DNA from: Candidatus Latescibacterota bacterium
GTDB taxonomy: Bacteria; Latescibacterota; UBA2968; UBA8231
Reading direction: 5' to 3'
Assembly (NCBI GenBank): GCA_965261395.1
Contig: OZ253462.1
Coordinates: forward strand, 3,776,001-3,840,000
DNA length: 64,000 bases
The stretch's first letter is position 1, and each line of letters begins with the position of its first letter. A program made the translations under genes and the position numbers. Below the pieces are notes generated by a model that saw only the letters and a program-made list of their open reading frames with translations, ran no database searches and was not told the DNA's origin. Of the stretch, positions 1-9,335 are shown one piece after another.

Positions 1-560
1 GTGGGAACAAGCTTTGGATGCGCTGAACGAGCGCGCACGACACAAGCAGGGCAAACACAAGCATCCGACCTACGCCTTGGTCGATTCGCAATCGGTTAAG
101 ACCCAATATGCCAGTCAGGATCGAGGCATCGACGGGGGAAAAAAAGATCAAAGGTCGTAAACGCCACATCGCCACTGATACGCTAGGTAACATGCTAACG
201 GTCCAAGTCCATGCGGCCAATCTCGCCGATACCAGCCAAGGATGGGATGTCTGCGACCAAGTCGCCGAAAAGTATGATTCGATACAAGCGTTCTGCGGCG
301 ACCAAGGATACCGAGGCACCACCGTCGAATTCGTCGAAAACCTGTTGGGATTGCGGCTGGATATAACCGATAAGCCAACCCAAGGGTTCCAAGTGGTGCC
401 CAAACGCTGGATCATCGAACGAACGTTTGCTTGGTTGGGGGGATTTCGTCGCTTGGCCAAGGACTTTGAAATACGCACTCGATCCGCCGAAAACATGATT
501 CGTATCGCCATGATAAACATTACCGTCGCTAAATGTGTCTGAATAACTCAACAGCTTCTT
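1..560 (+). mobile_element. 3' part of an IS5-family element (IS1031/IS427-like DDE transposase), left end outside window
   Basis: Frame 2 reads ...ALVDSQSVKT...RGIDGGKK, continuing in frame 3 as IKGRKRHIATDTLG...RWIIERTFAWL...RRLAKDFE (IS5 motifs). Frame switch at G5A7 run 134-145; stop at 542. Right end approximate. Confidence 0.85.
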
Positions 561-594
561 ATGGTAGGGTCTCGGTTTGAAATCCGCAAACTAA

Positions 595-630
595 TCCGCA
601 GATGGCGCAGATAGCGCAGATAGCGCGGAG
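595..630. repeat. 9-nt tandem repeat (xGCGCAGAT) x4, degenerate
   Basis: tccgcagat ggcgcagat agcgcagat agcgcggag read directly. Confidence 0.7.
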
Positions 631-731
631 GGGTGAATCGACCGTTTTAGTGCCGACGATTTTCAGAACGAACCTACGGTCGGACAAAGAAGGACGAGAA
701 TACGCGGACGAAACCTGTCGGTTTCAAGTAA

Positions 732-1172
732 TTAGCCTCTGATCGAAGCGGCAGTGTGTATTTGCGCGAAGTCGGGATGCTGTGGATTTAAGAGGAAATT
801 GTGTTCCTGCGGAACGACGGCACTGGGAACGACGAGCACTGCTGATTCACTAGCGGCGGCCCACATTGACCCCATCTCTTGGACGTTCGGTGGTGCCGGA
901 TCGGACGACCAATTATCGGGTAAGGCGTCCAACGCTAGCATCTTGCACAGGCTGTCGTCAAATTCGACCGGAATGCTCAGATATCGATCAAGAGTTGCGG
1001 CGGAGTCGAGGTTGACGAGGATTTCGAGTGTGGCCAACGACAGCGATTCCGCCGTATAGATGATAGGGGTGCCTCGGCGATTCCAGCGTCCCCCGAAAAG
1101 ACGCGCTCCTTCTCCTGCAAAGGCTCGATCTGCGAAGCGCATCTGGACGATGCGCCAAGCCCGGATGATCAC
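732..1172 (-). CDS. RES-domain toxin (MbcT/ParT-like)
   Basis: GEGARLFGGRWNRRG...YTAESLSLATLE...VPSAVVPQEHNFLLNPQHPDF; GTG start overlaps the antitoxin stop (GTGA). Confidence 0.9.
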   Translation of the reverse strand: MIIRAWRIVQMRFADRAFAGEGARLFGGRWNRRGTPIIYTAESLSLATLEILVNLDSAATLDRYLSIPVEFDDSLCKMLALDALPDNWSSDPAPPNVQEMGSMWAAASESAVLVVPSAVVPQEHNFLLNPQHPDFAQIHTAASIRG

Positions 1173-1684
1173 GAAAACACACCGTACTCGAGGCGACCGA
1201 GGAGGTTTTCGACCTCGCGGGCACCAGGCTCGGTGTCGGCGTATTGCAATGGCGTCTTCATGCCGAGGGCCTTCTTCGGCTCTTTGAACCACGCCCTCGC
1301 CCGCTCTTGGTCGCCCAAGACTTCAATCGCCCGGTCGTATAGCACGGCAATGCGGAATAAACGCTCGGATTCATCGGTTTGGAGGCGGCCTTCTTTGCGG
1401 CGGCGATTGAGCGTCCGAACCGCGATATTAGCCGCGTTGGCCAACGTCTTGGCCGGTACGGCCATGGCGGCTTGAAGGTCGTCAAAAGCGTTCATAGGCA
1501 ACCCGCGCTTGAGCTGGCGGATCAGGGTTCCGGTATCTTTGAACGACAGTCCCGCAGAGGCCCCATAGGAAGGTCCGCTGGGGGCGTCCGCGCTGATGGT
1601 TGAAGCGGCCAAAGGCTTCGCGCCTTCGGAAGCCCAAACATAGGTGCCCGTGGGTTTATTTTTTTTCTTAGACGATGGAGACAT
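1169..1684 (-). CDS. Xre/MbcA/ParS antitoxin (DUF2384 type)
   Basis: RTLNRRRKEGRL..DESERL..RARAWFKEPKKALG..TPL..GAREVENLLGRLEYGVFS; upstream of the RES toxin. Confidence 0.9.
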   Translation of the reverse strand: MSPSSKKKNKPTGTYVWASEGAKPLAASTISADAPSGPSYGASAGLSFKDTGTLIRQLKRGLPMNAFDDLQAAMAVPAKTLANAANIAVRTLNRRRKEGRLQTDESERLFRIAVLYDRAIEVLGDQERARAWFKEPKKALGMKTPLQYADTEPGAREVENLLGRLEYGVFS

Positions 1685-1946
1685 GGTGGGAGCTCGTTCT
1701 CCTTTTCGTGAAGGAGATAAGGCTATATTGCCATATAAGATAGGCCATATGGCGTTATTGAACAATCCGCTAGCGGCAGTTCTTTACAATTTTAGCGATG
1801 TTGGCACGGGACTAAGTGGGCGTCTGTGGTAGGGTCCGGAGGTCATCCACAGGCGGTTATGTCTCTTGTGTGCGAGAGGCTGCTGTGTTGGAAATTATAT
1901 GGAGTGGCGAGACTTGCTCCGCGCTTTAGAGACGCTAATTGATCCC

Positions 1947-3022
1947 CTACTCCCATCCCGGGGGATTAGATCCGTTTAGACAGAAGAAGAGTTGGACGTG
2001 CCCACACTTGTTACAGGTGAATATCTTGAAGGCAGCCCCCCCGGATTCAACCCGAAACTTCTAGTGGCCGTAGAGTCCTTGTCCGTAAATAGTCGATACT
2101 TCCCGAAACCACAAATCCTACACGGGCGCTCAAAATCTCCTATTGGATCTGCACCGAGTCTTAGGGCATCGAGGAGATTGTCGATCTGCTCAAGTAGCAG
2201 ATCCGCGTCTTCAAGACAGTCCTTTTCATGTTCAACAAGGCACTTATCGAGCAAGTCATTAAGAAATGCCATTTCGGGCCTATCAGGGAATTGTCTCTTA
2301 AGATCGAATTCCTCTTCTTGGTGAGCCCAAAGGCGGAGAAGTGGAGTACGCGATACCATTGACCAGATGGTCTTACCCAATGAAAAGACATCGAAACTGG
2401 GTTTTATATCTTCTATCCGCATACGTGTAGCCCATGGTGGCATCCAGTCGGTACTACCCACGTTTTCGTAGGTACCGCTGAGCCTCGTGTGTTCTCTATC
2501 CATGAAAAACACGAGGCCAAAGTCGCCAAGTACTAGTTGTTCACTCTCATCTACGAAAATGTTCTCTGGCTTGATGTCACGATGGACGAGTCCCTTTCCG
2601 TGCAAGGTGGCAACCCCTTCAACGACCGGCCGAATTGCGGTTAGGGTGCGTTCTACTTGACCGATAAACCAGCCGGATCTGTCTTTCAAGGTTCCCTTGG
2701 GATGGTATTTTGAGACAAACCACTTCTCATCAAGATTATGATCTTCAATCTTCAGGAGGCTCGGGTGGTCAGCTTGCGTCATAGCCTCCAACTCGCGTTT
2801 TAGCCGTTTCTCTGCATCCTTGGAATTCCGGGCTTTATTCAGCGGGTGAAGAATTTTGAGCGCACCGTGGTTTATAGGATTTTCAGCATGCATAATTTCG
2901 GCAATGCCTTTTCGTATCTGCTCCTCTGTACTCTGATCTGGTTTCTGCAGACTGCCAACCTGCGCCAAGCCGATCGGACGCCGCATCCTTGACCAATCCT
3001 CCTTGTGATAAGCCGCGCCCAT
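1947..3022 (-). pseudogene. Hanks-type Ser/Thr kinase with C-terminal zinc ribbon; frameshifted and probably 5'-truncated
   Basis: HRDIKPEN, DFG, DVFSLG motifs. CRICG is followed in another frame by CNKCGH after a G7 run (C7 at 2036-2042). No Gly-rich loop at the N-terminus. Confidence 0.75.
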
Positions 3023-3105
3023 CCGCGTCGAAGCTAGTCACAAAAGCAGAGCACTGCCGCTGACCGAGGAAGATCAACGAGGCTTCACCACAGAGCAACC
3101 GGCGT

Positions 3106-3483
3106 TCACTGACAGAAGGCTAGCCCTAGGTCGTCTAAGTCATTGAACGATATAGCTTGCAGTGCTGAGGGTATGCACCCGGTTAACTCGTTGTCGTTGA
3201 GATATAGGTATCGCAGGTTTTCGAGTTGTCCCAACGTTTCGGGAATTGGCCCCGTCAACTGATTGTCGCTGAGCCACAGGTATTGCAGGTTATTGAGTTG
3301 TCCGATTGTTTCGGGGATCGGTCCCGTCAACCCGTTGGCGAGGAGAGATAGGCTAGTAACCCGCCCATTTTCGTCAGTTTCGACGCCGAGCCATTCGCTC
3401 AGCGGTGTTCCACTTAGCCATTTGGTGTTGTTCCCCCAGTGGTCGCCGCCGGTAGACTCATATAAAGCGACCAACGCGGCCAC
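3106..3483 (-). CDS. Second LRR module (LRRNT + 3 LRRs), probably the frameshifted C-terminus of the upstream lipoprotein
   Basis: AALVALYESTGGDHW..GVETDENGRVTSLSL..NQLTGPIPETLGQL. Confidence 0.75.
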   Translation of the reverse strand: MAALVALYESTGGDHWGNNTKWLSGTPLSEWLGVETDENGRVTSLSLLANGLTGPIPETIGQLNNLQYLWLSDNQLTGPIPETLGQLENLRYLYLNDNELTGCIPSALQAISFNDLDDLGLAFCQ

Positions 3484-4702
3484 CTGAGGCTCTTCTACTA
3501 TAATATATATGACAAGAATATAGCTCTAGGCGGTGTAAGTCATTGTTCGGTATGGCGTACAATGCTAAGGGGATGCACCCCGTCAACTGGTTGCCGCCGA
3601 GGTACAGGTCTTGCAGGTTTTTGAGTTGTCCGATTGTTTCGGGAATCGTCCCTGTCATCGTCCCTGTCAACTGATTGTTCACGAGGCTCAGGTCTTGCAG
3701 GTTGTTGAGTTGTCCGATTGTTTCGGGGATTGATCCCGTCAACTGGTTGCCGCCGAGGTACAGGTCTTGCAGGTTGTTGAGTTGTCCGATTGTTTCGGGG
3801 ATTGATCCCGTCAACTGGTTGCTGTTGAGCCATAGGTCTTGCAGGTTGTTGAGTTGTCCCAACGCTTCGGGTATCGATCCCGTCAACTCGTTGTAAGCGA
3901 GGTCTAGGCTGATGACACGCCCTTCGTCGTCAGTGGTAACGCCGTGCCATTGATCGAGCGGGTACGTGTTGATGAGCCAGTTCGTATTGTACTTCCAGTT
4001 GCCTCCGCCGGTAGCCTCATAGAACGCGACTAACACAGCCCGATCTTGTTCAACGGCGTCCGCGACCACAGTCTGTTCAGTGGCTAAACCGATTCCATCC
4101 GGCAACGTCGGGTCAAGCGGATTCGCAATATAGGTCATAATAAGAAGGACATCCGCTAGGTTTATCAGGCCGTCCTCGTTGACGTCACCTAGGGCGATAT
4201 TGCCTTGGTTGGGCGCTACGAAGGAGAAGCGTTCTAGGGTATAAAGCAGCACGAGCAGCGCGTCCGCTATATCGACTTGATTATCGTTGTTGACATCGCC
4301 CAATATGCCCACCGCTTGTGCGGCCTTGCCCGCAGCATACGACCGAGGAGCCTCATCGATGGTTATGGCCCCTCCCGTAAAAGCAAACGCCGTGTCCACA
4401 TGGGTTGTCATATAGGGACCGGAAACGCCCAACCAGTAGCTCGGTCGCTGGGGCACAGAGACCTCGAAGCCTCCTTGGTCATCCACCGGCGCACGGGCCA
4501 GCACTACTAGACGCTCCGCGTCGATGATAACCACCTCGGCCTCTGACACCGCAGAACTCTCACCCGTCACAATCTGGCCTCGTTGGACCTGTTCCGGTCC
4601 AGACGGATAGAGCGGGTTGGAAGATTGGTTTTCGAACCGGAGGTTGCTGTCGCCACAAGCGATCATCGACAAGGCGGATATCAGAACAAATAGGCTACGC
4701 AT
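3458..4702 (-). CDS. Lipoprotein with dockerin-like and plant-type LRR domains
   Basis: Lipobox MIAC; duplicated GDVNND..DIADAL / GDVNEDG..NLADV; LRR consensus NQLTGSIPETIGQLNNLQDLxL. Confidence 0.85.
   Translation of the reverse strand: MRSLFVLISALSMIACGDSNLRFENQSSNPLYPSGPEQVQRGQIVTGESSAVSEAEVVIIDAERLVVLARAPVDDQGGFEVSVPQRPSYWLGVSGPYMTTHVDTAFAFTGGAITIDEAPRSYAAGKAAQAVGILGDVNNDNQVDIADALLVLLYTLERFSFVAPNQGNIALGDVNEDGLINLADVLLIMTYIANPLDPTLPDGIGLATEQTVVADAVEQDRAVLVAFYEATGGGNWKYNTNWLINTYPLDQWHGVTTDDEGRVISLDLAYNELTGSIPEALGQLNNLQDLWLNSNQLTGSIPETIGQLNNLQDLYLGGNQLTGSIPETIGQLNNLQDLSLVNNQLTGTMTGTIPETIGQLKNLQDLYLGGNQLTGCIPLALYAIPNNDLHRLELYSCHIYYSRRASGGRVGRFI
3570..3900 (-). repeat. 72-bp coding tandem repeats (24-aa LRR units), including a 12-bp duplication (TGTM-TGTI)
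   Basis: Near-identical ggtcttgcaggttgttgagttgtccgattgtttcgggg units at 72-bp spacing. Confidence 0.9.
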
Positions 4703-4779
4703 GGCATGTTTTTCCGGTTTAGAGTGAAGGGTCTTCGTCTTTTCAGTATATCGTTTAGCGTCTTGATCTGGAGGTGTAT

Positions 4780-4998
4780 TCATGGCGAAGTAATAGGCGT
4801 GAGACTGAACACACGTGAACATTTTGCAGCGGTCTTAATGTCTCCTCGACGAAGGGCTTCCCGCACCTCGTCGAGACGATATGCGTCTTCAAGAGAAAGG
4901 TACGGGGACCATCCTTCAGGTTCTTCTAGTAGCTCTACGTCAACTTCCGCAACGTAGATTCCTTCGTGAACGAGCTTCGTCCGTTCTTTCTTATTCAC
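4780..4998 (-). CDS. Small hypothetical protein (72 aa)
   Basis: Compact, protein-like ORF (KLVHEGIYVAEVDVEL..WSPYLSLEDAYRLD) filling the gap between two genes. Confidence 0.65.
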   Translation of the reverse strand: MNKKERTKLVHEGIYVAEVDVELLEEPEGWSPYLSLEDAYRLDEVREALRRGDIKTAAKCSRVFSLTPITSP

Positions 4999-5016
4999 TG
5001 ACGTTACGCAGTGCCC

Positions 5017-5892
5017 CTACTCGGCTTCGTCTAACAGGTGCCTAAAGGCTTCGAGGCTCGGCACCTGTACAGCCGCCCGAAACAACTGCTTGAGGCGCTG
5101 CACATCGTCGATGGCCCCAATGCGGTCGGCCAACGGATCCGACGCGGCCAGCCCAAAGCGAATCTCCAGCACATCGAGCAAATCTTCAACGGCGCGTTCT
5201 CGGCCGCCTCGCTCGATGCCCTTTTCCGTGAAATACTGCACGATCGACGATTCGTACATGGTCTCCTCCGACATGATGGTCATGATGGTCTCTGATTTAT
5301 ACACCAATCCGCTCAAAATCGCAAGATCGGCCAGATAATTCGCCTTGAGAGTCTCGTCCATCGGCACCTGCTGCGCCCGGTTCACACACTGGCGCAACCA
5401 CGCTTCCGCATCCACCCCCACCGGCTGCTGCATTAACGGCGCAAAAGGGATCAAGCCCGAATGCCCCTCGTCGAGGATGCGTTGGCCGTCTAGTTCACTC
5501 AGCCGAATCACCTGGTATTGCACCAACACGCGGAAGCTGTGCCGTTCTTGGATATAGTGCCCTGGATCGGTTCGGCCCGCCTCCGGGCGCAGATAGATGA
5601 CGCTAGAATAGATCGGCAGGCCGTGCTGCTCAATGCCGCGCCCGATATAGCCAGCCATGCGGCGCGGCATCGGCGGGGTGCTGTCGGTGGTTTGAAATTC
5701 GTGATGGACTAACGCCTCCTCGCTGCCGATGCGCACGCGGATGAGGCTATCAGTGCGATGGGCTTCGACCGTGGGTTGCTCCGTGTCGATCACGTCGAGT
5801 ACCTCAAGGTCGTCTTGCTGGAGGGCGAAGCGGGCGAAGTCGTGGGGGTAGGTGTGGATGAGGTGCTTGGAAATCGTGTCGAATTCGGCCAT
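5017..5892 (-). CDS. Rpn/YhgA-like PD-(D/E)XK nuclease family protein
   Basis: FDTISKHL..RTDSL..HHEFQT..MPRRMAGY..VIYL, then MYESSI..KGIERG..LEIRFG C-terminal region. Confidence 0.8.
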   Translation of the reverse strand: MAEFDTISKHLIHTYPHDFARFALQQDDLEVLDVIDTEQPTVEAHRTDSLIRVRIGSEEALVHHEFQTTDSTPPMPRRMAGYIGRGIEQHGLPIYSSVIYLRPEAGRTDPGHYIQERHSFRVLVQYQVIRLSELDGQRILDEGHSGLIPFAPLMQQPVGVDAEAWLRQCVNRAQQVPMDETLKANYLADLAILSGLVYKSETIMTIMSEETMYESSIVQYFTEKGIERGGRERAVEDLLDVLEIRFGLAASDPLADRIGAIDDVQRLKQLFRAAVQVPSLEAFRHLLDEAE

Positions 5893-5903
5893 GGCGATCC
5901 ATC

Positions 5904-6012
5904 GGGAATTAGGAACCGAGAATTGAGAATCAGGAATTAGAGCTTGCCAAGCCGTCCGAACTGGGGGGCGGTTGGGTCTATTCATGATTCCTAATTCGTA
6001 GTTCCTAATTGC
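5904..6012. repeat. Two inverted arrays of 7-nt (RGGAATT-like) repeats upstream of the Rpn gene
   Basis: gggaatt aggaacc gagaatt gagaatc aggaatt (5904-5938); reverse-complement array ttcatgattcctaattcgtagttcctaatt (5981-6010). Confidence 0.8.
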
Positions 6013-6150
6013 AATATCCATGCCAAGGCCAAGTGCAGCGGGACGGACGGGGCCGCGCAGGGTGAGACTGTATCGGGCACAACCCATAAATGAGACCTTT
6101 AGGGGATAAGCCGACCGCGTAACATCAGTGGTATAATACGCTTAGAGTGT

Positions 6151-6963
6151 TCACTCCACAGGTATTTCGTCGTTGAAAACTTGGGTGCGTTTCATCAGGC
6201 GGCGCTGGTCTGGGGGGAAGGCGAGGCGGCGGTGCATGGTCGGGCGGTTGTCGAAGAGGACGAGGTCGCCGACTTGCCACTCATGGGTCCAGACGAAGCG
6301 CGGCTGTTCGAGATGGGCGTACAGTTCGCCGAGCAGGGCGTCGCTGTCTTGGCGGCTGAGGCCGACGACGTATTTGGTCAGGTGCGGCCCTACGTAGAGC
6401 GAGCGGCGACCTGTTTCGGGGTGCGTGCGGACGATGGGGTGGGCGATGCGCTCGGGAGGGTTTTGCGCTTCGACGTAGTGGCGATGCACGGCGCGCATTC
6501 CCTTGAGGCGGCTTTTCCAAGCGTCGTCGAGCGCTTTGTAGGCAGCCGTGCAATTGCACTACTGGGTCTGGCCGCCCTGGGAGGGAATCTCCACCGCATA
6601 GAGCACCGACAGGGTGCCAGGACGCAGCAGGTAGGAAAGATCCGAGTGGAAGGGGATCAGTTCGGCGCCTAGTTCGCCGATTGGCTCGCCGTTTTCTTTG
6701 ACATTGGAGATGAGGAAAATCTCCTTGACTCGCCGTGGGCGCTGCTTGCGCACGTGGGGTACGGGTTTGCCAAAGTGCGCGGTGAAACGCACTAGGTCCT
6801 CGTCGCTGAGTTGCTGCTGGCGAAAGAAGACCACGCCGTGATCGAGCAGTGCCTGGCGCACCTGCACAACTTGGTCGGGCGCGAGCGGTGCGGACAGGTC
6901 GCAACCTTTGATCTCCGCGCCGAGCGCGCCGCCGGTGGGCACGATTTGTATCTCAGAGTCCAT
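6151..6963 (-). pseudogene. TauD/TfdA Fe(II)/2-oxoglutarate dioxygenase interrupted by an in-frame TAG
   Basis: HSD, HPIVRTHPETGR, DNRPTMH motifs; both ORFs share a frame and are separated only by TAG at 6559-6561. Confidence 0.85.
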
Positions 6964-7067
6964 TTGAAAATCCCGCGTACGCCCCAAACAACGTCATCCC
7001 GCATCTGCGTTTAGCTGCGGATACTTTGCCCCCATGCGACCGTCGCCGGGAGTTTTTAGACGGCTTC

Positions 7068-7829
7068 TCAGACATCGCAGACTTCAAAGGCGTGAGCTAG
7101 CGAGTCAACGGGATCGCCCTTGGGCCGGTACTCGTGGCCGACGTAGCCCGCGTAGGAAGTGGCGGCGATGGCCTGCATGATCGGCGGGTAGTAAATCTCC
7201 TGCTGGTCGTCGAGATCCTGGCGACCAGGGTTGCCGGCAGTGTGGAAGTGGCCGATGCAGTCGATGTGGTCGGTGATGTTGCGGATGAGATCGCCTTCCA
7301 TGATCTGCATGTGGTAAATGTCGTAGAGCAGCTTGAAGCGGGGCGAGCCGACGGCCCGACAGAGGGCCGCGCCCCAAGCGGTGCGGTCGCACTGGTAGTC
7401 GGGATGGTTGACGCGCGAGTTGAGCAATTCCATGCAGAGGGTAATGCCTTTTTCCTCGGCGGCCCCGGTGACGCGGCGCAGGCCAGCGACGCAGTTGGCG
7501 AGCCCCTCTTCTGAGGAGCGCCCCTCGCAGTTGCCGGAAAAGCAAATCAGCGAGGGAATGCCGTGCTCAACGGCGAGGTCGATGTTGGCGAGGAGCTCGT
7601 CTTCGATGCGGTCGTGGTTTTCGGGCTTGTTGAGGCCGTCGGGCAGGGAGGCGTGGCCGGAGACAATGGCGATGGCGAGGCCGTGGTCTTGGATGAGCGG
7701 CCAGTGTTCCTGAGCGGCCATTTCTACGGATTGGTAGCCGATGCGGGCGGCGGCAGCGCCCAATTCTTGCGGACTGAGGCCGCTGCCGGTGAAGGGATTG
7801 AAGCAGACGGATTGCTTGATGGCAGGCAT
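7068..7829 (-). CDS. Hydroxypyruvate isomerase / AP-endonuclease-2 TIM barrel protein
   Basis: LLYDIYHMQIMEGD, HFHTAGNPGR, GYVGHEY. Confidence 0.9.
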   Translation of the reverse strand: MPAIKQSVCFNPFTGSGLSPQELGAAAARIGYQSVEMAAQEHWPLIQDHGLAIAIVSGHASLPDGLNKPENHDRIEDELLANIDLAVEHGIPSLICFSGNCEGRSSEEGLANCVAGLRRVTGAAEEKGITLCMELLNSRVNHPDYQCDRTAWGAALCRAVGSPRFKLLYDIYHMQIMEGDLIRNITDHIDCIGHFHTAGNPGRQDLDDQQEIYYPPIMQAIAATSYAGYVGHEYRPKGDPVDSLAHAFEVCDV

Positions 7830-7833
7830 AAAG

Positions 7834-9321
7834 CTAGGCTCCTGTGCCGAACATTTCGGCGACTGGGGTAAAAGGGGCATCGAGTTCGAGCGGGTACATG
7901 GGCCGCTGGCAGACGCCGTGCCCGAGGGTGGGCAAGTTTGCGCTGGTCGAGCCGAGGGCATCGATGTTGAAGTTTATATCGGCCCATTCGTCGAAAAAGT
8001 GCCATTGGCAGTGCGGCGACTTGATGACGATGAGGTCGTAGTCCTTGGGGTTGATGTCGTGGGCGATAAAGACCGAGCGATCGATAAAGGGCACTGAGCG
8101 GCTGACGCAGACGATGGTGAGATTGTCGCTTTGCAGCACGGCTGTAGGCCCGGCGTGTTGGGGCGTGTTCCAAGATTCGCAGAGATATTCGCCGTCGCCG
8201 AGTTGGGTGACTTCGACCTCTAGGTCGAGCGGGGCAAAGCGCGAGTCGAGCGAGCCGCCCAAAACCACGTGGATGCGCGCGCCTAGCCCGGCGTCGTGGG
8301 CCATGTACGCGGCAGGCGCATCCACTAGTGGCGCGAGCACTTGGCCGGAGTAGCCGCTGGCGTGCAGGGCTTGGAGCAGCACGTTGCTGTCGCCGGTCGC
8401 GCCCGAGGAGGGGGCATCGGCCGCGTCGGTAAAGAGCACCGGACCGCTGTATTGGGCGGCTTGGGCGACGGCGTCTTCGACCGACACGAGGTCGGGCTGC
8501 ATGAGTGCGCGGCGTTCCCAAAAGTCGGCGGCGAGTTGTAGGGCCTCACTGCGGGCAAGGTCGGGGTCGGCATCGGCCACGACGATGGCTTGGGAGCACA
8601 GCTCAGGCACATCGGTGAACGGGTTACCGATCATCATGCCGGCGGCGAGAATGTCGGGCTGTTCCTCTAGGGCTTGGCAGTAGCGGATGGACTCGCCGTA
8701 CACGCCGGAGGCGGTGATTAGCTCATTGCCGCGCACGAGCGCGGGCACCTGCACGCGGGCCACCACGGGCTGCGCGCCGGCGAGGACTTGCAGAAGCAAG
8801 TACGCGGCGCGGCGGCCGGTGTCGGCAAGATCAACGTGCGGATAGGTGTGATAAATGGCGAGGCCGTTCGAATGCTCCAGCATGCGGTGGGTGAGGATGC
8901 CGTGGAGGTCTTGCGAGATCACGATGGGGAAGTCCGGGCCAGCGCTTTGGCGGATCTCTTGCAGCAAGTAGCCCTCCGGGTCGAGTTCCTCGGTGCAGCC
9001 CATTGCGCCGTGCAGGCAGAAGTACATGCCGTCGGCCTCGGCTAGATGCGGCGTGACCTCGGCTAGCAGCTCGGCGGCAAGGCGCTCGAAATCCTGTTGG
9101 TCTAAAGGCCCGGCCGAGGGGGCGACGGCCCCGTACGTGGGGATGACTTCAACGTGGCTGTCGGCGAAGACCTGCAAGGCACCGCACAGCTCGGTCTCGC
9201 GGCCTTGGTGATAGGTGAGCAACTCGGAGCCACGGCGGACAGAGAAGTTGTCGTACGCGCCGATGACCGGGTTGAAGGAGGAGATTTCTTGCTTGCACTC
9301 GGCGACGAGGATGCGGGACAT
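7834..9321 (-). CDS. M81 family metallopeptidase (MlrC-like)
   Basis: QEISSFN, LHGAM, DLHG, YPHVD, D..DAPSSGATGD, VIKS motifs. Confidence 0.9.
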   Translation of the reverse strand: MSRILVAECKQEISSFNPVIGAYDNFSVRRGSELLTYHQGRETELCGALQVFADSHVEVIPTYGAVAPSAGPLDQQDFERLAAELLAEVTPHLAEADGMYFCLHGAMGCTEELDPEGYLLQEIRQSAGPDFPIVISQDLHGILTHRMLEHSNGLAIYHTYPHVDLADTGRRAAYLLLQVLAGAQPVVARVQVPALVRGNELITASGVYGESIRYCQALEEQPDILAAGMMIGNPFTDVPELCSQAIVVADADPDLARSEALQLAADFWERRALMQPDLVSVEDAVAQAAQYSGPVLFTDAADAPSSGATGDSNVLLQALHASGYSGQVLAPLVDAPAAYMAHDAGLGARIHVVLGGSLDSRFAPLDLEVEVTQLGDGEYLCESWNTPQHAGPTAVLQSDNLTIVCVSRSVPFIDRSVFIAHDINPKDYDLIVIKSPHCQWHFFDEWADINFNIDALGSTSANLPTLGHGVCQRPMYPLELDAPFTPVAEMFGTGA

Positions 9322-9335
9322 GGGCGTCCGTTCGG

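Noticed and set aside
1801-1817. TTGGCACG as a sigma54 promoter
   Set aside because: No GC at the -12 position.
3570-3900. Regular DNA repeats as a possible CRISPR array or DGR template/variable pair
   Set aside because: The units are 72-bp in-frame LRR codons with no unique spacers; no cas or reverse transcriptase gene is in the window.
6559-6561. In-frame TAG in TauD as amber recoding (pyrrolysine or alternative code)
   Set aside because: Many intact genes here end in TAG, no pyl genes are seen, and a TGG>TAG point mutation explains it.
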